Under the pieces are notes generated by a model. That model had not been told where the DNA came from, did no database searches, and saw nothing but the letters and a program-made list of their open reading frames with translations. A DNA stretch of 64,000 nucleotides from the NCBI GenBank assembly GCA_017506735.1, contig JAFVMW010000005.1, forward strand, positions 19,815 to 83,814, in the 5' to 3' direction. This DNA comes from Oscillospiraceae bacterium. Lineage in GTDB: Bacteria > Bacillota > Clostridia > Oscillospirales > Oscillospiraceae. Every line of letters begins with the position of its first letter. The first letter of the stretch is position 1. This document shows, piece after piece, positions 18,445 through 29,115 of this stretch. The translations under genes were made by a program, and so were the position numbers.

Positions 18445-19450
18445 AACGGATCACATCCCGGGTAATGTCCGCCAGGCTTGCGCAGCCGGTCATTTCCATG
18501 GCATCGGACAGCTCGGCCTTCAGCTTGTTCACATACACTTGGACACCCTCCGCGCCGCCGCCGTAAACGGTGGTCACAAAGGGTCTGCCAATGAGCACAG
18601 CGGCTGCGCCCAGAGCCAGGGCCTTGAACACATCATAGCCGGTACGGATGCCGCCGTCCACCAGAACGGGGATCTTTCCCTCCACAGCGTCCACGATCTC
18701 CGCCAGCACGGAAGCGGTGGCAGGGGTATGGTCCAGCACCCGGCCGCCGTGGTTGGAAACGATGATGGCGGAAGCGCCGGCCTCCAGCGCCTTCTTCGCG
18801 CCCTTGACCGTCATAATGCCCTTGAGAATGAAGGGGACACCGGCGTAGTCCGCAAATTCCCTCAGCTCTGCCACACTCTTGGGGCCGGAGGGAGGGTCCA
18901 TCTTCTTCAGGAAGGGCAGGCCGCTGGCATCAATGTCCATGGCGATGACCTCCGCACCCATGGACTTGGCGTAGTCCATCTTCTTGAACACCAGATCCCG
19001 GTGCCAGGGCTTCACCGTAGGAATGGCGAAGCCTGCGGCGGACATGGCATCACAGCCGGCCTGGAAGAAGATCTCCTTCAGTCCGTCGCCGGTAAAGGCG
19101 GCAATTCCTGCGTCCACACAGCCCTGGGCCAGGGTTTTGGTGTAAGTACCCTCGTCCAGCAGACTGCCGTAGTGGTTGCCCACCGCGCCGATGGGGGCGG
19201 CAAACACGGGCATGGAAAAGGTTCTGCCGAAAAGCTCCAGGGAGGTATCCACACCCCGGTTTTCGGCGATGGTGTCCAGATTCAGATAAATATTCTGCCA
19301 GGCATTGTAGTTCCGGGGCGCTACGGTGCCGGTGCCCTTGGAGCCGGGGCCGGGGATGGTGTTTTTGCAGCCCAGACCGTTGCACACGGGGCAGACCTTG
19401 CAGGGGCCCATATTTCCTCTGGCATTGGCCAGGATTTCTTCATAAGTCAT
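18437..19450 (-). CDS. FMN-dependent alpha-hydroxy acid oxidase family protein
   Basis: C..CPVCNG..C, LKGIM, VSNHGGRVLD, DGGIRTG. Confidence 0.9.
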   Translation of the reverse strand: MTYEEILANARGNMGPCKVCPVCNGLGCKNTIPGPGSKGTGTVAPRNYNAWQNIYLNLDTIAENRGVDTSLELFGRTFSMPVFAAPIGAVGNHYGSLLDEGTYTKTLAQGCVDAGIAAFTGDGLKEIFFQAGCDAMSAAGFAIPTVKPWHRDLVFKKMDYAKSMGAEVIAMDIDASGLPFLKKMDPPSGPKSVAELREFADYAGVPFILKGIMTVKGAKKALEAGASAIIVSNHGGRVLDHTPATASVLAEIVDAVEGKIPVLVDGGIRTGYDVFKALALGAAAVLIGRPFVTTVYGGGAEGVQVYVNKLKAELSDAMEMTGCASLADITRDVIRYE

Positions 19451-19522
19451 CAGAATAACCTCCTGTGATGGTTTGTCTATTATTATACAATCCAACCGGC
19501 GAAATAGCAAGCCGCCAGTAAT

Positions 19523-21235
19523 TCAGTCCCCGAAAACCAGAACACCGATGCCCTCCATGAGGCCTGAAAACACCGTTTCGGAGATCAGATCCGTCTTTCC
19601 GGCGAACTCCGGCAGGGAAATGGAAGTCTCTTTGCTGTGAAACAGGATGGTCACATTGCCCTGGGGGTGGATTCTGCGAATCAGAATCAGTCCGTCATCA
19701 TCCCGGGCTTCCTCCCGGACGGGTTTGCCCTCCGTAATGGCAGGAATGGTCTTTCGCAGCTGAATCAGCCGCTTGTACCAGGCAAGCATCCTTTTGTCCT
19801 GTCGGTTGTCGTCCCACAGCATACCCCGGCGGCAGTCCGGGTCCGCGCCGCCAGTGAGGGCCACTTCGTCGCCGTAATACAGCATAGCCATGCCGGGGGA
19901 CAGCAGCAGCAGGGCAGCGCAGAGCCGCTGCCGGGCCTTGCTCCCACCGCACCGATGGAGAATCCGGGGGGTATCATGACTGCCGATCAGATTCCACAGC
20001 AGGGGCTGAACATTGGTATGGGTATTGCCCCGGATCTGCCCCAGCCTGCCAAGGTATGCCGAGGGAGGAATGCTGTCCGTCGCGGCGAAATCCTCCACAG
20101 CCCGGTGGAAGGGGTAATTCATCACCGTGTCCCACTGATCTCCCTCCAGAAAATCCGGCGCCTGGTGCCAGATCTCGCCAACGATCAAAGCCTCCGGGAA
20201 ACGGGCCTTGATTTCCCGTCGGAAGCCGCGCCAGAAGGCATGGCTGACCTCGTCACCCACATCCAGCCGCCAGCCGTCAATTCCGGTCTTTTCCAGCCAG
20301 TACAGGGCCACATCCGTAAAATACCGACCGCATTCCTGGTCCAGGAGATTCAGCTTGGGCATACCGCCGAAATAGCCGAAGCATTTGTAATTGGGCTTGG
20401 GGAACACCCGGATGGGGAATTCCTCCACATAATACCAGTTCCGGTAGGGGGAGTTCTCCCGGCTCTTCTTCAGATCGTCGAAGGCAAAAAACTCCGGAGC
20501 TGTGTGATTGAACACCGCGTCCAGGATCACGCGCATACCCATGGAATGGGCTTTGTCCACCAGCTCAATCAGATCCTCGGTGGTGCCGAAGGATGGGTCG
20601 ATGGTGTAATAATCCAGAGTGTCATATTTGTGGGAGGATCTGGAGGCGAAAACAGGGGTCATATATACAACGTCCGCTCCCAGATCATGAATATAGTCCA
20701 GCTTCTCAATGATGCCCCTCAGATTGCCTCCCAGATCAGTTCCTGCGCCGATGGGGGCCTGATACCAGACCTTGTCGGAAACGGCCCGGTCTGTCGCAAA
20801 CCGGGAGGGAAAAATCTGATATAGAATCTGATGCTTTGCCCATTGCGGAACCTGGAACAGCGCTTCCTCCCGAAGATTCTGACAGCAGTCGAACAGCCGC
20901 TCCTTGTCCTCGGGAATCCGGGACACAAACCCATCCAGAGCAAGAATGACCTCCGTACCATCCAGCCCTTCAATCCGAAAGCAGTAACGAAGGCAGGGCA
21001 TACGGAAGAAAATGGAAACCTCATAGTAATCCCTCAGACCGTCAGAGGCCACCTTTTCCATCAGGTAGGTTTTTCGGGAATCAAAGAATTTCAAAGGAAT
21101 GTACTTGTCACGGGTGTGCAGGGTGACGGATTTCACATCGTCCTTTGCGGTCTGGATGCGGATCACAAACCGATCCTGCCCTACGGCGTGGCACCATCGC
21201 TGGGTGGCTTCGTGGCAGATTGCGGCAAGATTCAT
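19523..21235 (-). CDS. GH13 neopullulanase/cyclomaltodextrinase family
   Basis: YQIFPSRF, HKYDT, DAVFNH, GWRLDV, EIWH, SHDT, GGADPDCRR. Confidence 0.93.
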   Translation of the reverse strand: MNLAAICHEATQRWCHAVGQDRFVIRIQTAKDDVKSVTLHTRDKYIPLKFFDSRKTYLMEKVASDGLRDYYEVSIFFRMPCLRYCFRIEGLDGTEVILALDGFVSRIPEDKERLFDCCQNLREEALFQVPQWAKHQILYQIFPSRFATDRAVSDKVWYQAPIGAGTDLGGNLRGIIEKLDYIHDLGADVVYMTPVFASRSSHKYDTLDYYTIDPSFGTTEDLIELVDKAHSMGMRVILDAVFNHTAPEFFAFDDLKKSRENSPYRNWYYVEEFPIRVFPKPNYKCFGYFGGMPKLNLLDQECGRYFTDVALYWLEKTGIDGWRLDVGDEVSHAFWRGFRREIKARFPEALIVGEIWHQAPDFLEGDQWDTVMNYPFHRAVEDFAATDSIPPSAYLGRLGQIRGNTHTNVQPLLWNLIGSHDTPRILHRCGGSKARQRLCAALLLLSPGMAMLYYGDEVALTGGADPDCRRGMLWDDNRQDKRMLAWYKRLIQLRKTIPAITEGKPVREEARDDDGLILIRRIHPQGNVTILFHSKETSISLPEFAGKTDLISETVFSGLMEGIGVLVFGD

Positions 21236-21361
21236 GGCAGAACCTCCTCAATAGTATCCCGATTATCATAGCAGGACTTCCCCCGGGAATCAACCGGGAA
21301 TTTTCGGAGAAGGTCGGAAAGAAATCACTGCTTCAATCGGCTTTTTCGATGTATGCATCGC

Positions 21362-22258
21362 TTACGAAAGCTGAAACTGCTTTCTGTTTTTTCTCAGAAA
21401 ATCCATGATGGCCAGAACCTCCGGCTTCTGGTTGGATTTGTGGCAGGCACACATGGTGCGGTAGTTGAAGGCATAGCGGTCCGGCAGCGGAAACGTGACC
21501 ACATTACTGCCCACAAAATCGTTGAACACCGGCGGAAACACCGCATAGCTGTGGCCCACATTCAGCATCATCAGCATGGTGTCGAAATCCCGGACATAAT
21601 GCCGTTCTCCCGTTTTTACCACACGGTAGAAGCTGTCCTTTTCCTGAGCATTGTTCACCTCCAGCAGGAGGATGCTTTCAGCTGCCATATCCTCCTCGGT
21701 GATTTGCGTCTTTCCCTGTTTTACCCATTTGTGATTGGAGGATACGACAATCTGGGCCGGTGTCACCTTGAAATTCACCCGGTCATAGCCGATCCAGTTC
21801 TGGTAATCGTGGGCGTTGGTGATGCACAGGTCGTACTTTCCGGTGTACAGCCCCTCCTTCAGAGAATCCATATCGTCCGCGTGAATTTCCAGCTCCACAT
21901 TGGGAAACGCGTCAGAAATGGCCTCCAGCACGGGAAACACCAGCTCGTTCCGGGGAAGCGGGCTGAAAATCCCCATCTTGATCAGCTTTGTCTCCCGGGA
22001 GATGGTCTGCCGGACGGACTCCAGGGTGTCGTCATAAACGGATTTCAGGTAGCTGAATTTTTGCACGCATTTCATTCCGGTACGGGTCAGCTTCACGCTC
22101 CGGGTGGTCCGGTCAAACAGCTTCGCCCCCAGCTCATCTTCAAGCAATGAAATCTGCTTGGTCAGGGCCTGAGGCGTGATGCACAGCCGCCCGGCGGCCC
22201 GGACGAAGCTCAGCTCCTGGGCCAGTACCAGAAAATACTCAATTCTTCGGAATTCCAT
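21362..22258 (-). CDS. LysR family transcriptional regulator
   Basis: SFVRAA..L.ITPQALTKQI..LE.ELG.KLFDR HTH; divergent from the next gene. Confidence 0.92.
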   Translation of the reverse strand: MEFRRIEYFLVLAQELSFVRAAGRLCITPQALTKQISLLEDELGAKLFDRTTRSVKLTRTGMKCVQKFSYLKSVYDDTLESVRQTISRETKLIKMGIFSPLPRNELVFPVLEAISDAFPNVELEIHADDMDSLKEGLYTGKYDLCITNAHDYQNWIGYDRVNFKVTPAQIVVSSNHKWVKQGKTQITEEDMAAESILLLEVNNAQEKDSFYRVVKTGERHYVRDFDTMLMMLNVGHSYAVFPPVFNDFVGSNVVTFPLPDRYAFNYRTMCACHKSNQKPEVLAIMDFLRKNRKQFQLS

Positions 22259-22396
22259 GGGTACCCCTCCTTTGTGGTTATTATAAACCGGCAGTTGATA
22301 ATCGTCAACTATTAGCGATTTGAATTTTATAATGATACAGGATAAAATAGAGACAGGCAGAAGCCGAAATACAATATGAATTTAGGAGGAAATCCC

Positions 22397-23413
22397 ATGC
22401 AGACACCCAAAGAAGCATTGCTGGCTCTGATGAGAGGCGAAAAATACGACTTTATCCCTGAATACTACTCCGTGGCAAAAAGTCTGGTGTTCCCCGGCGA
22501 GCGCTGGATCGACCTGCAGAACTTTGATCCCTACGGCACCGGTCCCGACGCATGGGGCGTTCTCTGGACCAACCGGGGCCCCAATCCCATGGTGGACGGC
22601 AACATGGTTGCCAAGGATTTCCGCTTGTTTGACTCCATGGAGGACTGGGAAGACCATGTTCACTTTCCGCCTCTGCCCTATATGCACGTTCCCGAAGCCC
22701 TCAATGGCATGAAGTTCGGCATGGGCTATAAGGAGGACGAGCACGTTCTGGAGGTGCTGATGCTCTCCGGTCAGTTTGAGCGGATGAACCAGATGGTCGG
22801 CATGGAGGAAGCGCTGACCGCTTTCTATGAGTATCCCGACGAGGTTCACGCGTTCTTCGACAAGATGTGCGAGTACAAGCTCCAGTGCATTCAGATGGCC
22901 TACGATGCTGTTCATCCCGACGTGATCTATATGCACGACGACTGGGGCCAGAACAGCAATATGTTCTTCAATCCCGAAATCTGGCGGGAATTCATCAAGC
23001 CCAACGAGATCCGCTACGCCCAGAAGATCCACGAGCTGGGTATGCTGTACCATCACCATTCCTGCGGCTTCATCATGCAGATCATCCCGGATCTTGTGGA
23101 GATCGGCGTGGATGTCATCGATCCCATGATGGTGGAAAACGATGTGAAGGGTTGCATTGAGCAGTACGGCGACAAGATCACCTTCGCCGGCGGCATCAAC
23201 AACCGGATCATCGACGGAGACAGCACCCCTGAGGAGCGTCTGGAGGAAGTCCGCCGGGCATTCCGGGAGTACGGCACCCTGGGCAAGCGCTGGTTCCCCT
23301 TCTACATTCCCTCCATCACCGAGCGTTTTGAGGAGTACATCGGAAACGTCTATCAGGTTTCCGGAGCAAAGGGCGACGGCGACTGGAACCTGTGGAAGGC
23401 ATTGGATCAGTAA
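22397..23413 (+). CDS. Uroporphyrinogen decarboxylase family (MtaA/CmuA-like methyltransferase) protein
   Basis: DAWGV, HDDWGQ, FIKP, HHSCG, FAGGIN. Confidence 0.85.
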   Translation: MQTPKEALLALMRGEKYDFIPEYYSVAKSLVFPGERWIDLQNFDPYGTGPDAWGVLWTNRGPNPMVDGNMVAKDFRLFDSMEDWEDHVHFPPLPYMHVPEALNGMKFGMGYKEDEHVLEVLMLSGQFERMNQMVGMEEALTAFYEYPDEVHAFFDKMCEYKLQCIQMAYDAVHPDVIYMHDDWGQNSNMFFNPEIWREFIKPNEIRYAQKIHELGMLYHHHSCGFIMQIIPDLVEIGVDVIDPMMVENDVKGCIEQYGDKITFAGGINNRIIDGDSTPEERLEEVRRAFREYGTLGKRWFPFYIPSITERFEEYIGNVYQVSGAKGDGDWNLWKALDQ

Positions 23414-23429
23414 TCATTTCAAATAAGAA

Positions 23430-23463
23430 ATCCCTGCACCGGATCATACGCCGGTGCAGGGAT
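23430..23463. terminator. Hairpin terminator
   Basis: ATCCCTGCACCGG...CCGGTGCAGGGAT. Confidence 0.7.
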
Positions 23464-23584
23464 AATTGTATCTATAGCGAAATCGGCTGCAGAAGAAAAC
23501 GAAGGTTTATTACGTCCCATCTACCGTGTTCAACTTGAACACAGTCTTATACTGATTTCTAAGGAAGCTCTGAATATGCTGAAA

Positions 23585-25396
23585 TCAACTCGCAGTAAAC
23601 CTGCCGGTCGCGGAGCCAACTGCAATTGTATAAGTTGCGCCTTCAATGATATCAGGACTGCTGAGAATCACGACACCGTAGGAAAGGTCTGGTGTATGGG
23701 AAATGACTACCTTTCCATTGCTGTCTGTCAGTATAATCTGGGTACCGGCGCTCTGATTACCGACACTGACCGCAATAACACCTTGCTCGGAATCACTGAA
23801 GGTCTGCGCCATACCGGCGGCACCGGTTCCGATGAAGGTACCGCCGGAAATAACCGCACTCACATCATAATCCAATGTTGCGGTATCGCCCATGGTGGGG
23901 CCGCAAACGGTGGTAAAGCCACCGGAAATCGTCAGAGTACCATTGGCATCGATACCGTCACCGGATGCGGTTACATGAATCGTACCGCCGGAGATGGTGA
24001 TACTGCCGCTGGAATTGCCGGAACCCATACCTCCCATTCCGTTCGGACGACCACCGCCAAATTGATCATTGCCCCGCATACCACCGAAGCCGCTCTGATC
24101 TGTACCGCCTGCGGCATTCAGGCCGTCATCGCTGGCAACCAGCGTAATATTGCCGCCGGACACATCAATGTGCAGTCCCTCAAGACCTTCATAGCTTTCC
24201 GTGATACTGATTGTACCGGACGTGATGGTCAGGGTTTCATCTGCATGGAACGCATCGTCACCGGATGCGATCTCAAAGGTGCCTCCGCCCACAGTAATGT
24301 TTGTATTGGAGTGCAACGTATCGTCCGCAGAATCAATCGAAAAAGTACCGCCATTGATGACCAAATCGCCGGCAGCCTTGATGCCTTTCATGCTGGTGCT
24401 GTCATCTTCCGTATCGGTAGAAGTCGTACCTCCCATGGGGCCTCCGCCTCTGTTTCCGTCCGGATGCCTGCTGCCGCCCATGAAGCCGCCCCAGGAGTCG
24501 GAAGTTTGATTCGCGGCATTCACACTGCCACCGCCGGAGATGATGTTAAAGTGACCGCCCTGGATCTGCATATTGGCCGATGCACTGATTCCATCGCCCT
24601 CCGCGTTGATCTCAAAAGTACCGCTTTCCATGTAGACGAAGCCCTTTGCGGTATCATCCGCATTTTCTGCGTGGATGCCGTCCTTGCCGGAGGTGATGGT
24701 AAATGCAGCGTTTGCAATGTTCACATTATCCTTGCCTGCCAGAGCATGGGAAGCAGAACTGATCTCATAGGTTCCGCTGGTGATGGTCAAAGAATCCTTG
24801 GAGACGATGCCGTGTCCCGCCGGACTGGTAATGACCAGAGTGCCGGAACCGTTCAGCGTCACATCTTCCTTGGAGAAAATTACCCCGTCGATATTGTTTT
24901 CATCAATGGCAGTGAAGGTTCCGCCGTTGGAAAGTGTATTGACAGAATCGGGAGCCATGGTGATAAATACCTTGTCCGATTGTAGAATATAAATCGGTGC
25001 TGATGTCTCACTGTGAATGGTCACATCATCCAGCACAAGCTGGGTCTTATCCGTTTTCTCCGAATTGACGATGATCATGCCGTCATTCAGAGTGCCGGAA
25101 AGAATGTAGGTGCCCTCGTCGATGATGGTAATGGTGCTGCCGGAGATCTGAACCGCATTGGAACTGCACTCAGCCCAATCACCGTTCAGGGTAATGATGG
25201 CGCTTTCGCTTTCATCATAGCCTACCTCATAATCCCGGTCGCTGAATAAGTCGGCACGGTCAACCTGCGTTGGTATATTGACTTCATTGGCTTGCGTGGT
25301 ATCTGCAACCATCTCAATGACATCACCCTGATTGCCGCAGCCTGATATCAGCAGGGCCGCAACCAACAGCAAACACAGTAGAGAATATTTCTTCAT
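23585..25396 (-). CDS. Carbohydrate-binding domain lipoprotein (DUF4353/Cthe_2159-like beta-helix)
   Basis: Lipobox ISGC; repeated I.GGTF.I...DG/DD.H units; Gly/Met-rich loops. Confidence 0.8.
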   Translation of the reverse strand: MKKYSLLCLLLVAALLISGCGNQGDVIEMVADTTQANEVNIPTQVDRADLFSDRDYEVGYDESESAIITLNGDWAECSSNAVQISGSTITIIDEGTYILSGTLNDGMIIVNSEKTDKTQLVLDDVTIHSETSAPIYILQSDKVFITMAPDSVNTLSNGGTFTAIDENNIDGVIFSKEDVTLNGSGTLVITSPAGHGIVSKDSLTITSGTYEISSASHALAGKDNVNIANAAFTITSGKDGIHAENADDTAKGFVYMESGTFEINAEGDGISASANMQIQGGHFNIISGGGSVNAANQTSDSWGGFMGGSRHPDGNRGGGPMGGTTSTDTEDDSTSMKGIKAAGDLVINGGTFSIDSADDTLHSNTNITVGGGTFEIASGDDAFHADETLTITSGTISITESYEGLEGLHIDVSGGNITLVASDDGLNAAGGTDQSGFGGMRGNDQFGGGRPNGMGGMGSGNSSGSITISGGTIHVTASGDGIDANGTLTISGGFTTVCGPTMGDTATLDYDVSAVISGGTFIGTGAAGMAQTFSDSEQGVIAVSVGNQSAGTQIILTDSNGKVVISHTPDLSYGVVILSSPDIIEGATYTIAVGSATGRFTAS

Positions 25397-25410
25397 GTCA
25401 AAGCCCTCCA

Positions 25411-26106
25411 TTAAAGCTCTGCAACGGTGGTTTCCTGTTTGGAAACCGTGATCTCCAGATTGCCGTTCCGGCAGCGGAGCTTGTCGATCATTTCCTTTTC
25501 TCTGGATGCATCCCGGAGGGTCATGTTGTAGGTAAGCCGGAATAGGCTTCCCATATTGGTGGTCTTGACACGAACCAGCTCACAGGAGGTAGTATACTCT
25601 GCCAGCAGATCATCAAACACCCCGGTATAATCCAGATCTTCGGGAATTGTAATATTCATGGTCTTGTAGATGGCAGCATTCTTCCGGGTGCCAAAGTCCA
25701 GGCGATTGTAAAGCACCGACAGGACGCACATAATCAGCGTGAACAGCAGAGCAAAGGTCAGATACCCCATACCGGCAATCAGTCCCGCTCCCATAGCAAG
25801 GAACAGCATGGTGATTTCCTTTGCGGTACCGGGAACGCTGCGGAATCGAACCAGACTGAAAGCACCGGCCACCGCAACGCCGGCACCCACATTTCCATTG
25901 ACCATCATGATTACAACACAAACCACACTGGGCAGCAGCGCCAGGGTGACAATAAAACTCTTGGTGTACCGGGAGCGGTACATATATCCAAAAGCCAGGA
26001 TCAGGCCGATCAGCAGCGAACAGCCGATACACAGCAGAAAATCGGAAACGGAAATTATGCTGGTCATATCCGTATCGAACAGACCATGAAACATGGAATC
26101 AAGCAT
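25411..26106 (-). CDS. DUF4956 membrane protein
   Basis: GVAVAGAFSLVRFRS motif; usual neighbour of VTC genes. Confidence 0.88.
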   Translation of the reverse strand: MLDSMFHGLFDTDMTSIISVSDFLLCIGCSLLIGLILAFGYMYRSRYTKSFIVTLALLPSVVCVVIMMVNGNVGAGVAVAGAFSLVRFRSVPGTAKEITMLFLAMGAGLIAGMGYLTFALLFTLIMCVLSVLYNRLDFGTRKNAAIYKTMNITIPEDLDYTGVFDDLLAEYTTSCELVRVKTTNMGSLFRLTYNMTLRDASREKEMIDKLRCRNGNLEITVSKQETTVAEL

Positions 26107-26818
26107 ACAGGAATCCTCCTTTGGTGTTTGGGAAAATCATGGCTTGGTAGGCTGTGCCGTATTTGGAAAAAGATGTTTTGTAAATATGCTCCCGGCTCAA
26201 TGCGTGTACCATCCACAGAGGGATTCCGCCGGAGCATTTAATTTCCATCAGCACCTTTCCATCTTCCAGGATGGGGGTACCCCAGACATCGGACTCCAGG
26301 GACAAGTCCTCTTGTCGGCAGAGGATGTTGTCATCAAAGGTCACACGGAAATCGCTAACCTCCTTGCAGAAATAAGCCTCCCGTTCATAGGAGAGAAATA
26401 CCACCGGGTGCAGCGTTTCATAGTAATGAAGGAAATAATCAATCTCGTCGGAGATCTGGGTTTCTTCCTTACAGTGCATCTTGCCAGTAACCCAATTCAG
26501 CGCTTCCTCTTCTGACAGGGACATTCTGCGTTTGTAGACCACTGAATCATATTTTTTCTTCAGCTCGACAAAAACCGTGCTGCTGGGCTGGGCCTTCTGA
26601 TAGCTGCGAAGGCGCAGCTTTTCTTTGTATGCAGGCTTCTCGATAGAATGCCGGATCAGACGATAATTGTCCGTATCGAAATAGATATTGCGGATGGTTG
26701 TCCGTCCATATTTGTCCAGCGCCATATAGGGTCCCATCGTTTCAAGGATTCTTGCCTTCTGTTTCTGCGTAATCAAATACTTCAGTTCGTATCTCTTAAA
26801 AACAGCCTGATATGCCAT
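26099..26818 (-). CDS. VTC domain (polyphosphate polymerase, CYTH-like) protein
   Basis: KRYELKY, IYFDT, KEKLRLRSY, ELKKK, RVTFD, MEIK, FSKY. Confidence 0.9.
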   Translation of the reverse strand: MAYQAVFKRYELKYLITQKQKARILETMGPYMALDKYGRTTIRNIYFDTDNYRLIRHSIEKPAYKEKLRLRSYQKAQPSSTVFVELKKKYDSVVYKRRMSLSEEEALNWVTGKMHCKEETQISDEIDYFLHYYETLHPVVFLSYEREAYFCKEVSDFRVTFDDNILCRQEDLSLESDVWGTPILEDGKVLMEIKCSGGIPLWMVHALSREHIYKTSFSKYGTAYQAMIFPNTKGGFLYA

Positions 26819-26975
26819 AAGTGTATGCCCCCTTTTCCAGATGGAGTATACAGGGCCAACCCTAACTGAACCTTAAAATCATAAAAAGTTCACAATCCGT
26901 GAAAAGCCCTTTGAATTTTAGCTCTGTTTAATGTTCAAAGGGTATGATACAATCAATACGGAAAGAAGGTGTCCT

Positions 26976-27641
26976 ATGAGATTATTGCTGGCTGAAGATG
27001 AACGCTCCCTGTCCCGGGCGCTGGTCATGATTCTGGAAAAGAACAACTATACCGTTGATGCGGTCTATAACGGCGAGGATGCCCTGGAATACTTGCAGAC
27101 TGGGAGTTACGATGCCGCAATCCTGGATATCATGATGCCGAAAATGGATGGCATCACGGTACTGAAAAGACTTCGGACCCAAGGGAATCCGGTTCCCATT
27201 ATCATGCTGACAGCCAAGGCAGAAATTGATGATAAGGTATTGGGTTTGGACAGCGGTGCCAATGACTATCTCACAAAACCCTTTGACACCAAGGAGCTTC
27301 TGGCGCGAATCCGGGCTATGACTCGCACTCAGAAAGCAGCCGATTCCAGACTGACTTTCGGCAATGTGACATTGAATCGGGCAACCTTCGAAATATCCTC
27401 TCCCACCGGTACCTTCCGTCTGGCAAACAAAGAGTTTCAGATGATGGAAATGCTGATGTCCAATCCCCAGCAGCTCATTTCTACCGAACGATTCATGGAA
27501 AAAATCTGGGGCTATGATTCTGATACAGAAATCAATGTGGTGTGGGTGTACATCTCCTACCTTCGCAAAAAACTGACAGCCCTTGACGCTGACATTCAGA
27601 TCAAAGCAACCCGCAACGCAGGATACTCTCTGGAGAAATGA
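26976..27641 (+). CDS. OmpR-family response regulator
   Basis: LAED, LDIMMP, LTAK, KPF; winged-helix C-terminus. Confidence 0.95.
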   Translation: MRLLLAEDERSLSRALVMILEKNNYTVDAVYNGEDALEYLQTGSYDAAILDIMMPKMDGITVLKRLRTQGNPVPIIMLTAKAEIDDKVLGLDSGANDYLTKPFDTKELLARIRAMTRTQKAADSRLTFGNVTLNRATFEISSPTGTFRLANKEFQMMEMLMSNPQQLISTERFMEKIWGYDSDTEINVVWVYISYLRKKLTALDADIQIKATRNAGYSLEK

Positions 27642-28876
27642 CTATGATAAAGAAAGTACAGAAGAAGTTTATTCTTCTATCCATGTCCGCCTTTTTGCTG
27701 GTGCTTGTGGTGATCATCACGGGCATCAACCTTGTAAACTGGAACGCAGTTGTCCATGAAGCGGACGAGCTTCTCTCCGTTCTTTCTGAAAATAAGGGAG
27801 TATTTCCAATGGGTCCCGGCGAGCTGGGTCATCGGCTTCCACCCGGAATGTCCCCGGAGATTCCTTATGAATCCAGATATTTCTCTGTTACGCTGGACAG
27901 TAAAACCGGGTCTGTGATTCAGGCAGAAACCAGCCGCATCGTGTCAGTTGATACCACACAGGCCATCGAATATGCCAGGCGTGTATTAAGGGAAGGATAC
28001 CCCAGAGGTTTTGCCGACCGCTTCCGATTCTCTGTCAAAACCGAAAACAGCTTTATACGCATTACCTTTCTTGACTGCGGAAGAAAGCTGGATGCTTTCC
28101 AAAGCTTTCTGCTATCCAGTATCGGAATATCTTTGATTGGCTATCTTGTTGTGTTCGCGCTGATCGCCTTTTTCTCCAACCGGATCATTCGTCCCATTTC
28201 CGAAAGCTACGAGAAGCAAAAGCGCTTCATTACCGATGCAGGCCATGAAATCAAAACACCCTTGACCATCATCAACGCGGATGCAGATGTGCTGGCCATG
28301 GAGCTGGGGGAAAATGAATGGTTAGAGGACATTCAGAAGCAGGCAAAACGGCTGACTGCTCTGACCAATGATCTGGTGATGCTGTCCCGGATGGAAGAAG
28401 CGGAAAATACCATGCCGATGATTGAATTTCCATTCTCCGATGTGGTCGCTGAAACGGCATCGTCCTTCCAGTCATTGGCACAAACCCAGGGAAAAGGTTT
28501 TCAGTGTGATATCCAACCCATGCTGACGCTGCGGGGCAACGAGAAAGCGATCCGACAGCTAGTGAACATCCTGCTGGACAATGCACTTAAATATTCACCG
28601 GAAGGCGGAAGGGTTTCTCTGAAACTGGAGAAGCAGAACAGAGAGGTGTTCCTTGCTGTATCCAATACAACTATGGAACCCATCGGGAAAGAGAATCTTC
28701 CACGTTTATTTGACAGATTCTACCGTACAGATGCCTCACGGAACTCCCAAACCGGTGGGTACGGCATTGGCCTTTCTGTGGCAAAGGCGATTGCGACGGC
28801 CCATAACGGAAAAATCAGCGCATTGTTTGAAGATGAGCGAACACTTCTGATTGCAGTTCGATTTCCTACGGTATAG
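27638..28876 (+). CDS. Sensor histidine kinase
   Basis: Two TMs, HEIKTPL, NALKYS, FDRFYR, GYGIGL. Confidence 0.95.
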   Translation: MTMIKKVQKKFILLSMSAFLLVLVVIITGINLVNWNAVVHEADELLSVLSENKGVFPMGPGELGHRLPPGMSPEIPYESRYFSVTLDSKTGSVIQAETSRIVSVDTTQAIEYARRVLREGYPRGFADRFRFSVKTENSFIRITFLDCGRKLDAFQSFLLSSIGISLIGYLVVFALIAFFSNRIIRPISESYEKQKRFITDAGHEIKTPLTIINADADVLAMELGENEWLEDIQKQAKRLTALTNDLVMLSRMEEAENTMPMIEFPFSDVVAETASSFQSLAQTQGKGFQCDIQPMLTLRGNEKAIRQLVNILLDNALKYSPEGGRVSLKLEKQNREVFLAVSNTTMEPIGKENLPRLFDRFYRTDASRNSQTGGYGIGLSVAKAIATAHNGKISALFEDERTLLIAVRFPTV

Positions 28877-29010
28877 TATTTCTTCCTGTTGCGTGCTGAT
28901 TATGCTGTTCAACGACCGCTATCAAGACGAATCAAACAAGAAAAACTGCCTCCCAGGATAACCCCCGAGAGGCAGTTCTCTGTCCACTTTATCCACCGCC
29001 TGCTATCCCC

Positions 29011-29115
29011 GTTTGGGTCATGTTTGGGTCAGAGACAGAATCTGCCCCATTTTTAGAGAATAAAAAACGCAATAAAAGTTAGAAAAAGTCCTGAAATCCA
29101 ATGGATTTCAGGACT
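29011..29115. repeat. Direct repeat GTTTGGGTCA x2 plus 14-bp inverted repeat; probable end of an older integrative element and original tRNA-downstream hairpin
   Basis: GTTTGGGTCA at 29011 and 29022; AGTCCTGAAATCCA-A-TGGATTTCAGGACT at 29087-29115, directly beside the att core. Confidence 0.55.
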